Assembly: GCF_015277775.1 (NCBI RefSeq) | Contig: NZ_CP063849.1 | Location: 9,288,711-9,312,710, forward strand | Direction of reading: 5' to 3' | DNA from: Paludibaculum fermentans | GTDB lineage: Bacteria; Acidobacteriota; Terriglobia; Bryobacterales; Bryobacteraceae | DNA length: 24,000 nucleotides | Part shown: positions 14,547 through 23,404 of the stretch, in pieces | Numbering within the stretch: the stretch's first letter is position 1 | Layout of the letters: each line of letters starts with the position of its first letter | Notes under the pieces: model-generated | Databases searched by the model: none | Seen by the model: the letters and a program-made list of their open reading frames with translations, nothing else | What the model was told of the DNA's origin: nothing | Program-made: the position numbers and the translations under genes

Positions 14547-14987
14547 ATGGCTCGCTTTTTCACGCTCGAGCAGGCGCAACAGCTGGTGCCGGAGGTGCGC
14601 CGCATGCTCAATGAAGCGGTGGAGGCGCGCGCCGAACTGGAGGAGTCGCAGCAGGAGATCGCCGAGTGCATGCGGAAAGCCCACCAGATGGGCGGCGTGG
14701 ACCTCGACACCGGGCGGCTGGTGTTGCTGCGAAAACGAGTGGATGAGCTGGGAAAAAAGCTCAAGGAGATCCTCGATCAGTTCGAAGAGTTAGGGATACA
14801 GGTGAAGGATCTCAACATCGGGCTTGTGGATTTCCCCACGAAGTACCGCGGTGAGGAAGTATTGATCTGCTACCAGCTCAACGAGACAGGTGTCGGCTAC
14901 TGGCACGGTCTGGATGAGGGGTTCCGAGGCCGCAAGAGGATCGACCGGGACTTCCTGGATCATCACGAAGGCGATCTCGTTCATTAA
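14547..14987 (+). CDS. DUF2203-family protein
   Basis: ATG 14547 lies 4 nt after the pyrF stop. MARFFTLEQAQQLVPEVRRMLNEAV...LEELGIQVKDLNIGLVDFP...GEEVLICYQLNE..VGYWHGLDEGFRGRKRI fits the DUF2203 pattern as I recall it (k.FTleEAn.lLP.v......; G..vKd...GLvDFp......v.LCW..gE..i.yWH....G...R..i). Confidence 0.65.
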   Translation: MARFFTLEQAQQLVPEVRRMLNEAVEARAELEESQQEIAECMRKAHQMGGVDLDTGRLVLLRKRVDELGKKLKEILDQFEELGIQVKDLNIGLVDFPTKYRGEEVLICYQLNETGVGYWHGLDEGFRGRKRIDRDFLDHHEGDLVH

Positions 14988-15013
14988 TCCGGGCACCCGG
15001 GAGATGAGTTGAC

Positions 15014-17737
15014 ATGGCTTGCCGGGGAAAGCGTCGAATGATCGCTCCCTCGCATGGAATGACCATTCTGTGCCTGTTGGCGATGACGGCCGGAGTGCGG
15101 GCGGGCCAACCGTCCACGCCGGGCGCGGAGGTGTCTCCGCCCAAGCGCAATGTCCTGATCCTGAACTCCTATCACCAGAACTTCCCCTGGACGAATGATC
15201 TCGTGCTGGGCGTGGAGGACGTGCTGTCGTCGCTGCCTTTCGAGGTGGAGGTCTGGACGGAGTTCCTGGACGCGAAACGCAAGAGCGGCCCGGCCCACGA
15301 GGCCTGGATGCAGGAGACTCTGCGGGAGAAGTACCGGACCCTGCGGCTGGATCTCATTGTTTCCTCGGACGACGACGCCCTCCAGTTCCTGCTGAAGCAC
15401 CGCGACAACCTGTTCGGCCCCGTGCCCGTCGTATTTTCCGGAGTTTCCAGCCCGGAGCTCATCCAGCAACTGCCGAGGGATTCGTACACGGGGGTAGTGG
15501 AGGAGTTTGATCTCCAGAGCTACCTGGACACGGCGCTGCGGCTCTTCCCGAAGGTACGGCACGTGTTTGTGGTCTCCGACGCATCGGCTTCGAACCAGGT
15601 ACACCTGCGGGCGTTGCGGAACATTGCACGGCGGCGGACTCCGCTGCATTTCGAATTCCTGGACGGCTCGCTGCTGTCGTTCGGCCAGATCCTGGAGCAG
15701 TTGCGGGCGTTGCCGCCGGATTCCATGGTGATGACGACGAGCTTTACCCACGACAGTTCCGGCCTGTATGTGCCGCTGGCGGACGCGGGCGCCCAGATCG
15801 TGCGGGCCGCGGGGGCGGCGCCTGTGTTCAGTCCGAACAGCGCGCAACTGGGCCAGGGGCTTGCGGGGGGCTGCGCCAACAACGGCCGCGCGCATGGCCT
15901 GCAGGCCGGCAATCTCGCGAAGCGGGTGCTGGAAGGCGCGGCGCCCGGGGGCATGTCGCTGGTGCGGCACGGCGTGCTCCAGATGGTGCTCGACTATGCG
16001 GTGCTGGAGCGGCATGGGGTGGCCCCCGGGCTGATCCCGGCCGGCGTGCTGGTGATCAACCGGCCCGACAGGATGACCGATTTCTATGCCCGCAACCGCC
16101 GTCTGCTATGGGCCGGCGCGGCCTTTACACTGATCCAGTTCCTGATCATCGCCGCGATGGTGGCGAATGTCCTGCGGCGGCGGCTGGCGGAGCGGCAACT
16201 GCGCGCCAGCCAGGCTCACCTGGAACGGGCCCAGAAGCTGGCCCGCCTCGGCAGTTGGGAAAAGGATCCGCACACGGGGGCGCTTCGCTGGTCCGATGAG
16301 GTCTACCGGATCCATGGGCTGAATTCGGAAATCTTCGAGCCTACGTTCGACCACCTGATGGAACTTGTCCATCCGGATGACCGCGAGCGCATCCGGACCA
16401 TGGCCATGACGGCCGATAAGGAGTCGCGGAACCGGGCCATGGAGTACCGGATCATGCGCCCGGACGGCCGGGTCCGCCACGTCCGGTCCTACGGCGAGTT
16501 CACCCAGTTGCGGGACGGCCGGCACATGGTGATGGGCACGGTGCAGGACGTGACGGAGATGAAGGAGATTGAGGAGCAGTTCCGCCATGTGCAGCGCGTG
16601 GAGTCGCTGGGTACCCTGGCCGGCGGGATTGCCCACGACTTCAATAACCTGCTGACGGTCATCAACGGCTACAGCCAAATGCTGCTGGGGCGCATCGGGG
16701 AAGGGGACCAGAACCGCCGGCTGCTGGTCGAAATTCAAAGGGCCGGGCAGCGCGCGGCCGACCTGACGAGGCAGCTTCTGGCGTTCAGCCGCAAGCAGGT
16801 GCTGCAGCCGCAGGTTCTGGATCTGAATGAAGTGGTTGTGTCCATGCAGGGTTTGCTCGTCCCTCTGCTGGGTGAGACCGTGGAACTTCGATTCCAGACC
16901 GCAAAGCCGCTGATGAGGGTGCGGGCCGACCGGACCCAACTGGCGCAGGTCCTGCTGAACCTGGCGGCCAATGCGCACGATGCGATGCCGGTGGGCGGCG
17001 CGTTCACGATCCGGACCGCGAATGAGGAGATCACCGAGGCGCGCTCGTCCCAGTCGATGGATCTCCAGCCGGGTTCCTATGTGGCGCTGTACGCCATGGA
17101 CACGGGCTCGGGCATGGACGAGGCGACGCGGGAGCGGATTTTTGAGCCGTTCTTCACAACCAAAGAGGTAGGGAAGGGCACCGGACTGGGGCTGTCCAGC
17201 GTGTATGGAATCGTGAAGCAGAGCGGTGGGCACATCTCCGTCTTCAGCAAGCCGGGCCAGGGCGCGACGTTCCGTATCCTGCTGCCGGCGGTGGGTGACC
17301 CGGAAGCCGAGGCCGCGGTGCAGTCGTGGGGGCCCGGCAGGCAGGCCAGCCAGCACGTCATTCTGCTGGTGGAAGATCAGGGGCAGGTGCGGGAACTTGC
17401 GCGGGAGACTTTGTCCCAGTTGGGCTACCGGACGTACGCGGCGTCCAGCGGCGAGCAGGCGCTGGAACTGTTCGGCAAGGCGGATCCACCGGTGGAGCTA
17501 CTCATCACCGACGTCGTGATGCCGGGCATGAGCGGACCGGAACTCGCTGAGCGGCTGCTGCAGCTCAATCCCAGGCTCGGCGTGCTCTACATCTCGGGCT
17601 ATCCCGGTGATTCATTGGAATACGAGAACGGTTCCGGGACGGGTCGCATCCTGCGTAAGCCATTCCTTCCGAAAGACTTGGAAGTCATGGTGGAGGAAAT
17701 GCTCGCCGCGGTGGGTGAACCTGACGGAGTGGAATGA
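15014..17737 (+). CDS. Hybrid sensor histidine kinase: periplasmic ABC-substrate-binding-like sensor domain, TM, PAS, HisKA, HATPase_c and C-terminal receiver
   Basis: GGGAGA lies 10 nt upstream of ATG 15014; ATG 15038 or 15059 are alternatives. N-terminal helix [33 protein letters not shown]... is typical of the periplasmic ABC_sub_bind-type domain fused to kinases. Second TM: [27 protein letters not shown]: [10 protein letters not shown]...HPDDRE...[10 protein letters not shown]-box: [20 protein letters not shown] boxes: [28 protein letters not shown]: ILLVEDQ...[13 protein letters not shown]...YISGY...LRKPF. Confidence 0.9.
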   Translation: MACRGKRRMIAPSHGMTILCLLAMTAGVRAGQPSTPGAEVSPPKRNVLILNSYHQNFPWTNDLVLGVEDVLSSLPFEVEVWTEFLDAKRKSGPAHEAWMQETLREKYRTLRLDLIVSSDDDALQFLLKHRDNLFGPVPVVFSGVSSPELIQQLPRDSYTGVVEEFDLQSYLDTALRLFPKVRHVFVVSDASASNQVHLRALRNIARRRTPLHFEFLDGSLLSFGQILEQLRALPPDSMVMTTSFTHDSSGLYVPLADAGAQIVRAAGAAPVFSPNSAQLGQGLAGGCANNGRAHGLQAGNLAKRVLEGAAPGGMSLVRHGVLQMVLDYAVLERHGVAPGLIPAGVLVINRPDRMTDFYARNRRLLWAGAAFTLIQFLIIAAMVANVLRRRLAERQLRASQAHLERAQKLARLGSWEKDPHTGALRWSDEVYRIHGLNSEIFEPTFDHLMELVHPDDRERIRTMAMTADKESRNRAMEYRIMRPDGRVRHVRSYGEFTQLRDGRHMVMGTVQDVTEMKEIEEQFRHVQRVESLGTLAGGIAHDFNNLLTVINGYSQMLLGRIGEGDQNRRLLVEIQRAGQRAADLTRQLLAFSRKQVLQPQVLDLNEVVVSMQGLLVPLLGETVELRFQTAKPLMRVRADRTQLAQVLLNLAANAHDAMPVGGAFTIRTANEEITEARSSQSMDLQPGSYVALYAMDTGSGMDEATRERIFEPFFTTKEVGKGTGLGLSSVYGIVKQSGGHISVFSKPGQGATFRILLPAVGDPEAEAAVQSWGPGRQASQHVILLVEDQGQVRELARETLSQLGYRTYAASSGEQALELFGKADPPVELLITDVVMPGMSGPELAERLLQLNPRLGVLYISGYPGDSLEYENGSGTGRILRKPFLPKDLEVMVEEMLAAVGEPDGVE

Positions 17738-17802
17738 TTTGGAGCGCTTTTCCGCATGCTGCTAGACTGGAAAGTAGTCCGGTTAGCTTCTGAGTTCGCA
17801 GG

Positions 17803-18390
17803 ATGCTCCTCGCCAAAGAATTCGTCACTTATCTAAGCCGCCAACTGGCAGCAAAGCTTGGTTCCAACATCATCGAAATCTCCAACCCCACCGCCGTGGC
17901 GGAGTTGATGGGGACGATCATTACCGATGAGTTGTCCGTGGAAGACAAGCTGAATGACGAGGTGCGCACGCTGTTGGAAGAGTACTCCGTGTACATGTCC
18001 AACAACAGCATCAGTTATTCGGAGATGTTCCGCCGCATCAAGAACCAGTTGGTTGCCCAGCGCAAAGTGGTGAAGGCCAGCGGCCGCGATACCGGCGATC
18101 CGATGAAGCTGAGCCGCGACAAGATCAACGAGATCTCGCATAAAGTGGTCACCGCGCTGCGCAAATCGCGGGATTGCCGCTTTCGCCGGGATTCCAATGA
18201 CGTGCGGCTGGAACTGGTCCGGCTGATCTCCGAGATCCTGCAGAATGAAGACAAGGCGGAGAAGGCGGCACGCGCCAAGATCCGCACGATGAAGAAGGAA
18301 ATTCCCGAGGGCAGCGAGGAGTGGGATCTGCTGCACAAGCGGTATTACGCCGAAGAGCTCCGGAATTTCGGTATCGACCTGGCTCACTAG
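17803..18390 (+). CDS. Conserved hypothetical protein, DUF507-like (tentative)
   Basis: 195 aa, rich in Lys/Glu/Ile/Asn. Segments such as MKLSRDKINEISHKVVTALRKS and ELVRLISEILQNEDKAEKAARAKIRTMKKEIPEGSEEW resemble the DUF507 family as I remember it. The codon pattern looks coding, and the antisense ORFs are Arg-rich shadow. Confidence 0.55.
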   Translation: MLLAKEFVTYLSRQLAAKLGSNIIEISNPTAVAELMGTIITDELSVEDKLNDEVRTLLEEYSVYMSNNSISYSEMFRRIKNQLVAQRKVVKASGRDTGDPMKLSRDKINEISHKVVTALRKSRDCRFRRDSNDVRLELVRLISEILQNEDKAEKAARAKIRTMKKEIPEGSEEWDLLHKRYYAEELRNFGIDLAH

Positions 18391-18472
18391 TCCAAGCGTC
18401 CCCCCCAAGGCCCGTCCCTCCGCGCTCCTGGGCCTTCCCCTCGTTCGTCCCCGCCTGTGCAGTAAGATACCC

Positions 18473-19417
18473 ATGATGCAGATCCCCTCGTTGGTCGTCA
18501 CCGGTTCGTTGAACATGGACTTTGTGGTGCAGGTCGACCGTCTGCCCGCGCCCGGAGAGACCACGCTGGGCGGCAACTTCCAGATGATCCCGGGCGGCAA
18601 GGGCGCGAACCAGGCGTGCGCAGCCGGGAAGCTGGCGACGAACGGCCGGGTGCGGATGGTGGGGTGCGTCGGGCTGGATCCGTTTGCCGACCATCTGAAG
18701 GCGAGCCTGGCGGCGGCGGGCGTGGACGTTTCCACTGTGCGTGCCGCGCGGCAGACCCCCACGGGTGTGGCGCTGATCTGGGTGGAGAAGTCGGGGCAGA
18801 ACTCGATCGTGGTGGCTCCGGGTGCCAATGCGATGCTGGCGCCGGGCGATATCGAGTCGGCCCACGCGGCTTATGAAGGAGCGCGTTGCGCCCTGTTCCA
18901 GCTCGAGACTCCGCTGGAGGCCGTGGCGGCGGCGATGCGCGCCGGCCACAAGGCAGGGGCGCTGACGATCCTGGATCCGGCTCCGGCGCGGCGGCTGCCG
19001 GCCGAGTTGCTGGCGCTTGTCGACATCCTAACTCCGAACGAGAGCGAGGCGTGCATCCTGCTGGATCGGGTACCGACCCGGGTGACCTTTGCCGAGGCGC
19101 CGGAGATCGCCAGGGCGTTGCGCGCTCTGGGGCCGAAGGCCGTGGTGTTGAAGTTGGGTGACCAGGGCTGCTTCTACTCGGATGACCAGCGGGAACTCGC
19201 CGTGCAAGGTTTCACGGTCGAGGTAGTGGATACAACCGCGGCGGGCGATACGTTTAACGCGGGATTGGCCGTGGCATTGGCCGAGGGCTTCGAAATCCCC
19301 ACGGCATTGCGGTTTGCCAACGCGGCGGCGGCGCTCTCCGTGACACGCCTGGGCGCACAGGCCTCGGCGCCATCGAGGGAAGAAGTCGACGCGTTTATTG
19401 CCCGGTCGGACGGGTAG
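18473..19417 (+). CDS. rbsK: Ribokinase (PfkB family)
   Basis: VVTGSLNMDFVVQVDRLPAPGETTLGGNFQMIPGGKGANQACAA is the ribokinase N-terminal signature. Other motifs: NSIVVAPGAN, LTPNESEA and VVDTTAAGDTFNAGLAVAL (the DTxGAGD anion-hole motif), ending with PSREEVDAF. Confidence 0.85.
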   Translation: MMQIPSLVVTGSLNMDFVVQVDRLPAPGETTLGGNFQMIPGGKGANQACAAGKLATNGRVRMVGCVGLDPFADHLKASLAAAGVDVSTVRAARQTPTGVALIWVEKSGQNSIVVAPGANAMLAPGDIESAHAAYEGARCALFQLETPLEAVAAAMRAGHKAGALTILDPAPARRLPAELLALVDILTPNESEACILLDRVPTRVTFAEAPEIARALRALGPKAVVLKLGDQGCFYSDDQRELAVQGFTVEVVDTTAAGDTFNAGLAVALAEGFEIPTALRFANAAAALSVTRLGAQASAPSREEVDAFIARSDG

Positions 19418-21020
19418 CGAGCACGGCCCAGTCGGAGTTCGAATAGACCGGCGTGGCGGCCGGGGGCCGATTGGCGGTGCGGACTACGATGTAGTCGACG
19501 CCCATGGCGCGATAGTCTTCCAGCGGCAGCAGCGGCAGTTTCGCCTCGTGCACAGCGTTCCAGCGTTGCCACCACAGGCGGGCAAAATCCTCCAGCAGAT
19601 TGGCCTGCCCGCCGCCCTTCCAATCGACATAGATGCTGCGCTTGGCATCGTTACGGAAGACGCCGGGCTGCAGGCCGTGGCCGACATCGGCGAACAGGAA
19701 CATGGCGTCCTGCGGCGTGGACTCGTGTGCCCAGGCAGAGAGTGCCCGCAGTGGAGCGGTGTGGAGCACAGGATAGTTCCGGACCCCGCCGAAGCCGGGG
19801 ATCAGGAAGATCGCGGCGGCGGGTACCAGGACGGCCGTGCGCGGCCACTTTACAGCCATGACCGCGACAGCGGCCAGGGCAAGAACGAGCGTCAGTTTCC
19901 GGGCGTCCGGCACCGTGAAGAGCTGAATCACGAGGCCGTTCGTGGGAATTGCGAAGACCACGACGAACCAGGCGAACGCTTCCAGGCGGCGGCCCGCCGT
20001 GGCGGCGTGCCATCCGGCAGCCACGCCGAGCAGCAGGGCCATGGCAGTGATGAAGAGCACGGCGCGGGCCGGCTGGAACTGCGGCATGAGGATCCACTTG
20101 CCGACATCCAGCAGCAGGTATTGCAGCGGCACCATCAACATGCCGTAGACGGCCACGGCGAGTGAGAAGAAGCGGGCCTCCGGCGACAAGCGCGTCCGGA
20201 TGCGCCACCAGGCGCCCGCGCTGAAGAGCAGCAGGGCCGGATATTGCCAGAACCAGGGGCTCGGCCAGAACTGGATCCAGTTGTACATCGCCCGGAACTT
20301 CTGCACGGTTTCGAGCTGGGTGGGGATGACACCGAACCAGACCTGCCGTTCCGTCTCCCCATGCTGCAGGGTTGCGCAGAGGAGCACCGTGCCGATGGCG
20401 GCGGCGCAGCCGACGGCCAGCGGCCAAAGCTCCCTGCGCGATTTGGAGACCAGGAAGTAGAGGGCGGCGCAGGCCCAGAAGGGAGCGGTGGAGGTGGGGT
20501 GGTAGATGGTGGCCAGGAAGGCCAGGACAGCGGACACGCGCCAGTAGCGGTTGGCGGCGCAGCCGAAGGCGCCCATTAAGAGGAGGATGGCGAAGGCGCG
20601 CGGTACGGGCTCGTACTCCAGGGTGAGGACCGCCGGGCCGTTGATCACGGCGCCGAGTCCGAAGCAGGCGGCGGCAAAAAGGGCGGCGGGCAGGCCGAGT
20701 CCCATTGCCTGGGCGAGCAGGAAGGCGCCGGCCAGGCCTATGAAGCGGAAGACGAGCTGCTGGCCGCCCAGGACCTGTTCCAGGTCCGCTCCGGTGAGGT
20801 GGCGCAGACCGAAGGCGATCTCGTCATACAGGGTCCAGGTAACATGCGGGCGAAGGGCGAGTTCGTCCTTGGGAACCAACGCCGGATCCAGCATGCGATC
20901 CAGCATGGGCGCGTAGATCTGGGTATCGGACTGGAGCCAGGTGTGGCCCGGAAACACGAAGAAACCCAGCAGCGTCAGCACCAGGAGAACGAACGCGATG
21001 GCCGGGTACTGCTGCTTCAC
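19395..21020 (-). CDS. Large polytopic membrane protein with C-terminal soluble domain (GT-C glycosyltransferase-like, speculative)
   Basis: GTG at 21020 overlaps the stop of the upstream TPR gene (GTGA). 541 aa with about 11-13 hydrophobic segments across the first ~410 aa, then a hydrophilic ~120-aa tail (HESTPQDAMFLFADVG...YVDWKGGGQANLLEDF...). I recognise no family motif. The 3' end overlaps the rbsK 3' end by 23 bp. Confidence 0.7.
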   Translation of the reverse strand: MKQQYPAIAFVLLVLTLLGFFVFPGHTWLQSDTQIYAPMLDRMLDPALVPKDELALRPHVTWTLYDEIAFGLRHLTGADLEQVLGGQQLVFRFIGLAGAFLLAQAMGLGLPAALFAAACFGLGAVINGPAVLTLEYEPVPRAFAILLLMGAFGCAANRYWRVSAVLAFLATIYHPTSTAPFWACAALYFLVSKSRRELWPLAVGCAAAIGTVLLCATLQHGETERQVWFGVIPTQLETVQKFRAMYNWIQFWPSPWFWQYPALLLFSAGAWWRIRTRLSPEARFFSLAVAVYGMLMVPLQYLLLDVGKWILMPQFQPARAVLFITAMALLLGVAAGWHAATAGRRLEAFAWFVVVFAIPTNGLVIQLFTVPDARKLTLVLALAAVAVMAVKWPRTAVLVPAAAIFLIPGFGGVRNYPVLHTAPLRALSAWAHESTPQDAMFLFADVGHGLQPGVFRNDAKRSIYVDWKGGGQANLLEDFARLWWQRWNAVHEAKLPLLPLEDYRAMGVDYIVVRTANRPPAATPVYSNSDWAVLATRPTGQ

Positions 21021-21715
21021 TTCTCGGGCGTCTTTTCCAGTTGTTGCTTGGTCCAGAGGCGCTCAGGGTGGAGTTCCTGGCTCTTGGCGAGGGCCTTGCG
21101 GGCATCGGCGTTGCGCGCCAGTTTGCGCAGGATGATGCCCTTCCACAACCAGGCGTCGGCATCCTTGGGATCGAGTTCCAGCGCCTTGTCGACATCCTTG
21201 AGAGCGAGTTCGGGGCCGCCGCCGAAGGAGGCCGGCAGATAGTAGTTGCCGACGGCGCGGCTGAGGTAGCCGGAGGCGGCCTTGGGCGCCAGCTCGACGG
21301 CCTTGTTCACTTCGTCGAGGGCGCACTTGCCGTACTTCATCCCGGCGAGCACGTTGGCGGGGATCACCTGGCCGCAGAGCGTGCCCAGGATCCTGTGGTA
21401 CTCGCCCATGTTGGGCTTGAGGGCGACGGCCTTTTCGGCCACGCGGATGCCGGCCTCGGCGGCGCCGCGGGCGGCGTTCTTGTCGCGCAGCTCCATCGAG
21501 ACTTCCGCGCGGATCAACTGGGCCTGGGCGGCTTTATAGAGGACCGCGGCGTCATTCGATTTGGCCTGGGCCTCGGAGTCGGCAGCGGCGGCGATTTTGT
21601 CGAGGGCCGCACGGTCCTGGGCGTCGCGCGCCTTGAGGAGATCGGCCGGCAGATCGGCCGCGAAACAGGATGCCATCAGAAGGGGAAGCAGGATCCGCAT
21701 GGAACAATTCACCAT
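21017..21715 (-). CDS. Secreted TPR-repeat protein
   Basis: Signal peptide MRILLPLLMASCFA, starting at ATG 21715 or ATG 21700. Repeated Ala/Leu/Tyr-rich TPR-like helices follow (GEYHRILGTLCG, ASGYLSRAVGNYY, ELALKDVDKALELDPKDADAWLWKGIILRKLARNADARKALAKSQEL). Confidence 0.75.
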   Translation of the reverse strand: MVNCSMRILLPLLMASCFAADLPADLLKARDAQDRAALDKIAAAADSEAQAKSNDAAVLYKAAQAQLIRAEVSMELRDKNAARGAAEAGIRVAEKAVALKPNMGEYHRILGTLCGQVIPANVLAGMKYGKCALDEVNKAVELAPKAASGYLSRAVGNYYLPASFGGGPELALKDVDKALELDPKDADAWLWKGIILRKLARNADARKALAKSQELHPERLWTKQQLEKTPEK

Positions 21716-21754
21716 TCTATCCAGACGCGTCTCGCAGGGCGCGTGGTTACCAGA

Positions 21755-22960
21755 TCATAGGGCGGCGATCTTGCGCTGAACCAGCAGTAGGTAGAGGGCC
21801 AGACATGCCAGCACTACGCCATACACCGTGACAACAATGGGCGCACCCAAGTGGGGCACCAGGGAGCCGGTGATGAGGCTGCCGATGGGCATGCCGCCGC
21901 GGAAAGCAACGTTGTAGATGCTCATTACGCGGCCTCGCATTTCATCGGTCGCCACCATTTGCACCAGCGAGCTGAGGAGTGAAAAACAGGCGATCAGCCC
22001 CATGCCGGCCAGGAAGAGGAAGACCAGGGCCACGTATAGATTGCGGCTCAGGGCAAAGGCCGCCTCGAAGACGCCGAGCCCGATGAGGGCCAGAATCGCA
22101 TCGCGGCCCACGCCCGCGCCCTTGCCGCGCGCGGCCACCATCAGCCCGCCGCAGATGGCGCCGGCCGCTTCCACCGAAAGCAGAAGAGTATAGGTGGCGG
22201 CCGTGCCCCCGAAGACTTCCTTGGCGAAGACGGGCAGAAAGACGATGATGGGGATGCCCAGGAACGTACAGACGAAGGCAACCCAGATGAGCGGCAGCAT
22301 TTCGGGCTTCTGGCGGATGAAGGCGATGCCGCCCTTCATGCTCTCCATTACGGTCTCTTTGGTCTTGCCCGGGGTGAAGTCGATGGTGATGAGCAGCAGC
22401 GAGATGATCACCGCCACGAAGCTGAGGCCATTCAAGCCGAAGCACCAGGCGGCGCCCAGGCTGGTCAGGGCAAAGCCGCCGATCACCGGGCCGATGACGC
22501 GCGCCAGGTTGAACTGGATGGAGTTCAGGGCGATGGCGTTGGGCAGGTTCTCGCGGGGGACCAGGGAGGGAATCAGCGACTGATAGGCGGGTGCTCCAAA
22601 AGCCTGAGCGACGCCCACGACGAAGCTGAGGGTGAGGATCTGCCAGACGCTGGCGTGGTTGGTGGCGAAGAGGATGGCCAGCAGGAAGGCGCAGCTCATC
22701 TGCACGAACTGTGAGACGAGCAACACCCGGCGGCGGTCGAAACGATCGGCCGCGACGCCGGCGAACATAGCCAGCACGAAGATGGGCGTCCCGCCGAGGA
22801 ACGAATCCAGCCCGAGATAGAAGGGCGATCCGGACAGCTTCAGCACCATCCAGCTTTGAGCCAGACTCTGCATCCAGGTCCCAATGCTGGAGGTGCAGGC
22901 GCCTGCCCACATCAACCGGAAGTTTCGGGATTCGAAGGCGGTAAAGATCCGGCTTAGCAA
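21755..22960 (-). CDS. MFS transporter (MFS_3 / EntS-like 'transmembrane secretion effector' type)
   Basis: TTG start at 22960 (caa 22958-22960). ...FESRNFRLMWAGACTSSIGTWMQSLAQSWMVL..., GVAADRFDRRRVLL, and 12 predicted helices. 401 aa. It begins 12 nt after the VOC gene stop. Confidence 0.85.
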   Translation of the reverse strand: MLSRIFTAFESRNFRLMWAGACTSSIGTWMQSLAQSWMVLKLSGSPFYLGLDSFLGGTPIFVLAMFAGVAADRFDRRRVLLVSQFVQMSCAFLLAILFATNHASVWQILTLSFVVGVAQAFGAPAYQSLIPSLVPRENLPNAIALNSIQFNLARVIGPVIGGFALTSLGAAWCFGLNGLSFVAVIISLLLITIDFTPGKTKETVMESMKGGIAFIRQKPEMLPLIWVAFVCTFLGIPIIVFLPVFAKEVFGGTAATYTLLLSVEAAGAICGGLMVAARGKGAGVGRDAILALIGLGVFEAAFALSRNLYVALVFLFLAGMGLIACFSLLSSLVQMVATDEMRGRVMSIYNVAFRGGMPIGSLITGSLVPHLGAPIVVTVYGVVLACLALYLLLVQRKIAAL

Positions 22961-22972
22961 TGGGCGGTACCG

Positions 22973-23350
22973 TTACGGCAGAGGCTGGGGACGCGAGATG
23001 AGATGCAGAATGTTGCCATCCGCGTCAGCGAAGAAGAGCAGGCGGTTGCCTTTGAGGTTGAGCGGTTCCCCGAGGAACTTGACGCCCTTGCCTTTCAGGT
23101 CTTCCTGGCCGGCGTCGAAGTCGCTGACCGAGACCGCGATATGGCGGATGCCCGGGGTGCGCATGGCGGTTTCGGGCGCATTGCCCTGTGATGGAATGAT
23201 CTCCAGCATGGCGCCGTCGGGGGCTTTCACGAAGAAGTTGCCGTCGTATTCGTGATTGATCCGGAAACCCAGCGTGTCGACGTACCACTGTGCGAGCCGC
23301 TTTGGTTCAGGGGAGGCCAGGGCCGTATGCTCCAGTCCAGTGAACAACAT
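22973..23350 (-). CDS. VOC-family (glyoxalase/bleomycin-resistance/dioxygenase) protein
   Basis: 125 aa. LEHTALASPEPKRLAQWYVDTLGF...GIRHIAVSVSDFDAGQEDLKGKGVKF...LLFFADADGNILHLI is the paired beta-alpha-beta-beta-beta VOC pattern, with His/Glu metal ligand positions. Confidence 0.8.
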   Translation of the reverse strand: MLFTGLEHTALASPEPKRLAQWYVDTLGFRINHEYDGNFFVKAPDGAMLEIIPSQGNAPETAMRTPGIRHIAVSVSDFDAGQEDLKGKGVKFLGEPLNLKGNRLLFFADADGNILHLISRPQPLP

Positions 23351-23404
23351 TATCTAAGTCTAGCAAGCGCACCCGCGTTTCGCGCCGCCGAGGGACGAGA
23401 GTTT

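Noticed and set aside
14988-15002. Palindromic CCGGGCACCCGG after the DUF2203 stop, considered as a terminator
   Set aside because: The effective stem is only 4-5 bp with a 2-4 nt loop and no U-tract. It overlaps the SD region of the kinase gene.
14984-17356. Long minus-strand ORFs 14984..16015 (343 aa) and 16106..17356 (416 aa)
   Set aside because: They are antisense to the hybrid histidine kinase, whose PAS, HisKA, HATPase and REC motifs are unambiguous. The composition is shadow-like.
17833-18949. Minus-strand ORFs 17833..18828 (331 aa) and 18149..18949 (266 aa) spanning the DUF507-rbsK region
   Set aside because: They cross an intergenic spacer and run antisense to two genes. They are Arg/Gly/His-rich with no family resemblance.
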